A stretch of DNA of 32,000 nt from Haloferax volcanii DS2 (GTDB lineage Archaea > Halobacteriota > Halobacteria > Halobacteriales > Haloferacaceae): positions 2,340,001 to 2,372,000 of the forward strand of contig NC_013967.1 in assembly GCF_000025685.1 (NCBI RefSeq), written 5' to 3'. Positions 27,604 through 32,000 of this stretch are shown piece by piece. Position numbers and translations under genes: made by a program. Position 1 is the stretch's first letter. The number at the start of each line of letters is the position of its first letter. Under the pieces are notes generated by a model, which saw nothing but the letters and a program-made list of their open reading frames with translations, was not told where the DNA came from and did not search any database.

Positions 27604-28554
27604 ATGGCGAAGCAATCGGGACTGTCGTGGGACGACGTGGAACTGTCCGTCGAGGCGACGAGCCGCCGCATCGACGCGGGCGAAGTCACGCTCCACGCGG
27701 TCGAAGCCGGGCCGGAAGACGGCGAACTCGTCGTCCTCCTCCACGGCTTCCCGGAGTGTTGGTACGCGTGGGCGGACTACCTCCGCCCGCTCTCGGAGGC
27801 GGGCTACCGGGTCGTCGCGCTCGACCAGCGCGGCTACAACCTGAGCGACCGTCCCCCGGGCGTCGAGTGGTACAGCATCGACGAACTCGCCGGCGACGTG
27901 GTCGGCGTCGCGGACGCGCTCGGTCACGAGACGGCCCACGTCGTCGGCCACGACTGGGGGGGCGCGGTGGCGTGGTGGACCGCGCTGCACCACCCGGACC
28001 GGGTGCGCTCGCTCACCGCGATGAACCTCCCGCATCCGACGGTGCTCGCCCGACACCTCAGACGCGACCCGGGCCAACAGCTTCGGAGCTGGTACGTCCT
28101 GTTCTTCCAACTGCCGAAGCTCCCCGAGCTCGTCGCCCCCGTCGGCGACTGGGCCGTTTTGGAGCGGGCGATGACCGGCTCCGCGCTCCCCGGCACGTTC
28201 TCGGCGGCCGACCTCGACCGCTACCGCGCCGCGTGGTCGGTGCCCGGGGCCTACGGTTCGATGGTGGACTGGTATCGCGCGGTCGTCCGCGAGCGCCCGC
28301 GGCCCCGGGCCGAGACGGTCGACGTGCCGACGCTCGTCGTCTGGGGGAGCAAAGACCGGTTCCTCCGGCCGAAGATGGCGAGGGAGAGCCTCGCGTTCTG
28401 CGAGGACGGCCACCTCAAGACGTTCGAGGAGGCGACCCACTGGGTCCACCACGAGGAGCCGGTCGCCGTCGCCCGCGCGGTCGTCGAACACCTCGACGAC
28501 GCGTGGCGGACCCCGAACAACACCCCCGACGAGGCGGGCCACCGACCGGTCTGA
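27604..28554 (+). CDS. Alpha/beta hydrolase, epoxide hydrolase / haloalkane dehalogenase-like
   Basis: HGFPECWYAW oxyanion motif and the GHDWGG nucleophile elbow. ATTTGT box lies 29 nt upstream of ATG 27604. Confidence 0.87.
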   Translation: MAKQSGLSWDDVELSVEATSRRIDAGEVTLHAVEAGPEDGELVVLLHGFPECWYAWADYLRPLSEAGYRVVALDQRGYNLSDRPPGVEWYSIDELAGDVVGVADALGHETAHVVGHDWGGAVAWWTALHHPDRVRSLTAMNLPHPTVLARHLRRDPGQQLRSWYVLFFQLPKLPELVAPVGDWAVLERAMTGSALPGTFSAADLDRYRAAWSVPGAYGSMVDWYRAVVRERPRPRAETVDVPTLVVWGSKDRFLRPKMARESLAFCEDGHLKTFEEATHWVHHEEPVAVARAVVEHLDDAWRTPNNTPDEAGHRPV

Positions 28555-28598
28555 CCGCCGGAAGGCGATGTTTCTAAAGCGGCCATATTCTCCGCATT

Positions 28599-28626
28599 CT
28601 CGATGGAGCTATATAGGTCCATCGAG
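28599..28626. promoter_or_regulatory. TATA box (CTATATAG) in the spacer of a 9-bp inverted repeat ctcgatgga/tccatcgag
   Basis: Read directly: arms at 28599-28607 and 28618-28626, with a 10-nt spacer gctatatagg. Confidence 0.4.
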
Positions 28627-28892
28627 GGAACTTAGCGAGGTTCTTGTACGTCCGGCGTTCAGGTCGAACCGACGCGGGAGCAGTCCGGTGGTGGGACTTT
28701 CCATGCCCCTTCGAACCGTCTCCGCGTCTCTTCATGAGCAGGGACGGGGGACCGTCCCACCTTTCGACCGGCGAGCGACCGCGCCGACCAACCGGGCGAG
28801 CGCGACCCGCGTCGAGACCGAAACCGCAATCTGTCCCGGCCCCGCCGGCGACGGATGAGTACGTTCTTACTCGCGGCCACCGGAGGTCGCGT

Positions 28893-29933
28893 ATGACCGA
28901 CCTCGGAAAGGTCGACCGCGAGTTCTTCGACGAGTACATCTACCCGCGGTTGGGCGCGGCCCGCGACGACGTGGCGCTCGGCCCGACCCACGGCGTCGAC
29001 TTCGGTCTCCTCGATATCGACGGCACCGCGGTCGCCATCGCGACCGACCCACTCTCCGTGCTCCCCGCGCTCGGCTTCGAGCGCGCGGGGCGGTTCGCCA
29101 TCGACATCGTCCTCTCGGACATCGCCGTCTCCGGGCTGGACCCCTCGCATCTCGCCGTCTCCTTTACGCTCCCGCCCGAGATGACCGACGACCAGTTCGC
29201 CGAACTCTGGGGGGCGATGCACGACGAGGCCGACGACCTCGGCGTCAGCATCGTCACCGGCCACACCGCCCGCTACGCCGGCTGTTCGTACCCGTGGGTC
29301 GGCGGCGCGACCGCCCTCGCCGTCGGCGACCACGACGACGTGGTCCGCCCGGACGGCGCGAAACCCGGCGACGACGTGCTCGTGACGAAGGGACCGGGCG
29401 TCGAGGCCACCGGCCTCCTGACGACGCTGTTTCCCGACGCCTTTTCCGACCTCGACGCCGACGTGCTCGCCGCGGCGCAGGACCGACTCGACGAGACCGA
29501 CGCCGTCCGCGACGCGATGACCGTCTCGGCCGCCGGCGGCCGCGGCGTCCACGCCATGCACGACGCCACCGAGTGCGGCGTCCACGGCGCGCTCAACGAA
29601 GTCGCCGGGAGCGCCGGCGTCCAACTCGAAATCGACGAGTCGAGCGTCCCGTTCCGTCCCGGCGTCCGCGAGACCTGCGAGTACCTCGGCATCGACCCGT
29701 GGCGCTCGACCACCGCCGGGTCGCTCGTCGTCGCCACGGACCCCTCGGTCACGGACGACGTGGTCGCTGCGCTCGACGCCCGCGGCACCCCCGTCGGCGT
29801 CGCCGGCATCGTCGTCGCGGGCGAGGGCGTCGTCGTCGACGGCGAGCGCATCGAACACCCCGACGTGGACCCCTCGTGGGCCGCCTACGAGCGACTCGCC
29901 CGCGAGGCCGACGAGTCGGACGCCGACGAATAA
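28893..29933 (+). CDS. AIR synthase-related (PurM/HypE/ThiL-superfamily) protein
   Basis: 346 aa, MTDLGKVDREFFDEYIYPRLG..., with ATDP and IVTGHTARY patterns typical of the PurM-like fold. TTCTTAC box lies 29 nt upstream of the ATG. Confidence 0.8.
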   Translation: MTDLGKVDREFFDEYIYPRLGAARDDVALGPTHGVDFGLLDIDGTAVAIATDPLSVLPALGFERAGRFAIDIVLSDIAVSGLDPSHLAVSFTLPPEMTDDQFAELWGAMHDEADDLGVSIVTGHTARYAGCSYPWVGGATALAVGDHDDVVRPDGAKPGDDVLVTKGPGVEATGLLTTLFPDAFSDLDADVLAAAQDRLDETDAVRDAMTVSAAGGRGVHAMHDATECGVHGALNEVAGSAGVQLEIDESSVPFRPGVRETCEYLGIDPWRSTTAGSLVVATDPSVTDDVVAALDARGTPVGVAGIVVAGEGVVVDGERIEHPDVDPSWAAYERLAREADESDADE

Positions 29934-29987
29934 GGGACGCCGCCTCGGCCCTCGCACTACTTGTCGCGCGGGCGCTTCAGGTCGCGT

Positions 29988-31265
29988 ATGACTGACTCCG
30001 GCAACCCCGCCGTCGACGCCGCCCGCGAGATGGACGCGGCGGACCCGCTTTCGGACCTCCGCGACCGCTTTTTCGTCCCCGAGGGCGAACTATACATGGA
30101 CGGTAACTCGCTCGGCCCGCTCTCGGTCGATGCGGAGGCGGCGCTCGACCGCGTCGTCGACGAGTGGCGCGACCTCGCCATCCGCGGGTGGACCGACGCC
30201 GACCCCGAGTGGTTCAGCTACGGCGAGCGACTGGGCGACCGACTCGCCCCGCTCGTCGGCGCAAAGCCCGAGGAGGTCGTCGTCGCCAACTCCACGACGG
30301 TCAACATCCACGCGCTCGTCGGGACGTTCTACGACCCCGCCCGCGGCGAGAAAATCGTCGTCGACGACCTCGACTTCCCGACGGACCACTACGCGATTCG
30401 CGCGCAACTCCGGGCGGCCGGCCGCGACCCCGACGAGGCGCTCCGCGTGGTCGAGAGCCGCGACGGGCGGACCATCGAAACCGAGGACGTGCTCGACGCC
30501 GTCGACGACGACGTGGGGATGGTGTTTCTCCCCTCGGTCCTCTACCGGAGCGGTCAGCTGTTCGACATCGAGACGCTCACCGAGGCGGCGCACGAGGCCG
30601 GCGCGCTGGCCGGCTTCGACCTCGCGCACTCGGTCGGCGCGGTCCCCCACAGCCTCTCCGAGGTCGGCGTGGACTTCGCCGTCTGGTGTCACTACAAGTA
30701 TCTCAACGCCGGCCCCGGCTCCATCGCCGGCCTCTACGTCAACGAGCGCCACTTCGGCGTCACGCCCGCGCTCGCCGGCTGGTGGGGCAACGACAAGGAG
30801 ACGCAGTTCGACATGGCGATGACCTACGAGCCGGCGCAGTCGGCCGGCGCGTTCCAGTCCGGGACGGTCCCGGTGCTGTCCGCGGCCCCCCTCGACGGCG
30901 CGCTCGACATCGTCGAGGACGCCGGCGGCGTGACCGCCCTCCGCGAGAAGTCGCTTGCGCTCACGGACTACCTCATCGCCCTCGTGGACGAGCGACTGCC
31001 GGAGTGCGAGGTCGGCACCCCGCGTGACCCCGCGGCCCGCGGCGGCCACGTCGCGGTCGAGCACCCCGAGGCCTACCGCGTCAGCCTCGCGCTCAAGGAG
31101 CGGGGCGTCATCGTGGACTTCCGTCAACCGAACGTCGTCCGGATGGCTCCCGCGCCGGCCTACGTCGGCTTCGAGGACGTGTACCGGGCGGTCGAGCACT
31201 TCCGCGAGATTCTGGACGGGGAAGCATACGAGGCGTTCGAGAAGCAGAGCGGCGGCGTCACGTGA
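29988..31265 (+). CDS. kynU: Kynureninase (PLP-dependent hydrolase)
   Basis: 425 aa with LYMDGNSLGP, FDLAHSVGAVP and WCHYKYLNAGPG (PLP-lysine region), all typical of KynU. Confidence 0.88.
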   Translation: MTDSGNPAVDAAREMDAADPLSDLRDRFFVPEGELYMDGNSLGPLSVDAEAALDRVVDEWRDLAIRGWTDADPEWFSYGERLGDRLAPLVGAKPEEVVVANSTTVNIHALVGTFYDPARGEKIVVDDLDFPTDHYAIRAQLRAAGRDPDEALRVVESRDGRTIETEDVLDAVDDDVGMVFLPSVLYRSGQLFDIETLTEAAHEAGALAGFDLAHSVGAVPHSLSEVGVDFAVWCHYKYLNAGPGSIAGLYVNERHFGVTPALAGWWGNDKETQFDMAMTYEPAQSAGAFQSGTVPVLSAAPLDGALDIVEDAGGVTALREKSLALTDYLIALVDERLPECEVGTPRDPAARGGHVAVEHPEAYRVSLALKERGVIVDFRQPNVVRMAPAPAYVGFEDVYRAVEHFREILDGEAYEAFEKQSGGVT

Positions 31266-31289
31266 GGGTCGCGGCGGGGGGTCGGTCGC

Positions 31290-31988
31290 TTACCAGTCGA
31301 TGACTTCCTTGTCGCGCCAGAACTTCCCCGCGGGCGCGCCGGGCTTGAACGTCGCGAGCCACGTCGGCGTCTCCGCGCCCTTCTCGACCGGTCGGTTCGC
31401 CTCCTCGCCGCCCATGTCGGTGCGGACCCAGCCGGGGCACACCGAGTTGGCGATGAGGCCGTCGTCGCCGTACTGGCCGTCGAGGTAGGTCGTGAGGCCG
31501 TTGAGGCCGGTCTTCGAGATTCGATACGCGGGCGACCCGCCGGACTGCTCCTCGCCGAGCGCGCCCATGCCCGAAGAGACGTTGACGACGCGGCCGCCGT
31601 CGGACTGGAGGAGGAGGGGAACCGCGTGCTTGCACAGGAGCATCGGCCCGCGGAGGTTGACGCCGAGGGTGCGGTCGATTCGCTCGGTCGGTTCGGCGAC
31701 GATGTCCTCGCCCTCGCCGCCGACGCCGGCGTTGTTGACGAGGACGTCGAGGCGGTTCTGGTCGGCGAAGATGCCGTCGACGACCTCCTCGATGTCCCCT
31801 TCTTGGGTCACGTCGAGGAGGACTCGCTCCGTCTCCTCCGGCGTCTCGTTGGTGACGCTGCGCGACCCCGCGTACACCGTCGCGCCGCGGTCGCGGAGAT
31901 TCGCGGCTATCTGGCGGCCGATGCCGCGGTTCGCGCCGGTGACGAGCGCGACCTGTCCGTCGAGGTCGTCGTAGCGGTCGGGTTCCAT
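31290..31988 (-). CDS. Short-chain dehydrogenase/reductase (carbonyl-reductase-like SDR)
   Basis: VALVTGANRGIGRQIA cofactor motif, NNAG, and YRISKTGLN (YxxxK). Confidence 0.9.
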   Translation of the reverse strand: MEPDRYDDLDGQVALVTGANRGIGRQIAANLRDRGATVYAGSRSVTNETPEETERVLLDVTQEGDIEEVVDGIFADQNRLDVLVNNAGVGGEGEDIVAEPTERIDRTLGVNLRGPMLLCKHAVPLLLQSDGGRVVNVSSGMGALGEEQSGGSPAYRISKTGLNGLTTYLDGQYGDDGLIANSVCPGWVRTDMGGEEANRPVEKGAETPTWLATFKPGAPAGKFWRDKEVIDW

Positions 31989-32000
31989 GGCTGCGTCTGC

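Noticed and set aside
28568-28939. ORFs in the long spacer: 28568..28858(+), 28574..28939(-), a 51-codon ATG 28703 ORF, and the antisense ORF from ATG 28586.
   Set aside because: Basic, Ser/Arg/Pro-rich products with rare codons, unlike the acidic proteins of this genome. The region is more likely non-coding. The transcription question is kept as a finding.

Overview
High-GC haloarchaeal chromosomal segment. Evidence: strong GC3 codon bias, acidic proteins, ribosomal protein S17e, Cbf5, archaeal-type CMP kinase, a DUF106/Oxa1-like insertase and a PccX-like small subunit. The pccB-pccX ... birA-pccA layout resembles that reported for Haloferax, so a Haloferacales relative is plausible, but this is inference. 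I call about 35 protein genes, one tRNA-Pro(GGG) and one frameshifted gene. I see no CRISPR array, rRNA, transposase or integrase. Content, left to right: NSS-family Na+ transporter; propionyl-CoA carboxylase carboxyltransferase plus small subunit; a small membrane protein; glycerophosphodiesterase; S17e; a translationally coupled cofD / Dus-like / CitG-like / DUF447 operon; two tandem SAMHD1-like HD phosphohydrolase paralogs; an amidohydrolase; a USP; birA-pccA; asd; a frameshifted HPP-family gene; a lower-GC islet with micro-proteins and tRNA-Pro; cbf5-cmk-DUF106-adk; a YeiH-family transporter; a hypothetical protein; a USP plus an APC permease with two fused USP domains; an epoxide-hydrolase-like alpha/beta hydrolase; an AIR-synthase-related protein; kynureninase; and an SDR. 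Most first genes of transcription units have a T-rich TATA-like box starting 27-32 nt upstream of the start codon (leaderless architecture), which I used to choose start codons. Main second-look items: (1) the HD paralog pair has long tracts with no synonymous change next to regions where synonymous sites differ freely, which looks like gene conversion; (2) a +1 frameshift in a G6 run splits the HPP gene; (3) the cofactor-type operon has no assigned product; (4) a 340-nt intergenic region has a TATA box inside a 9-bp inverted repeat and a GNRA-capped hairpin; (5) C-rich decamer arrays, one with a G-quadruplex motif on the opposite strand, lie in two 3' flanks. Everything rests on reading the sequence and recalled family motifs; no searches were run. 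The many long antisense ORFs in the track are GC artefacts.
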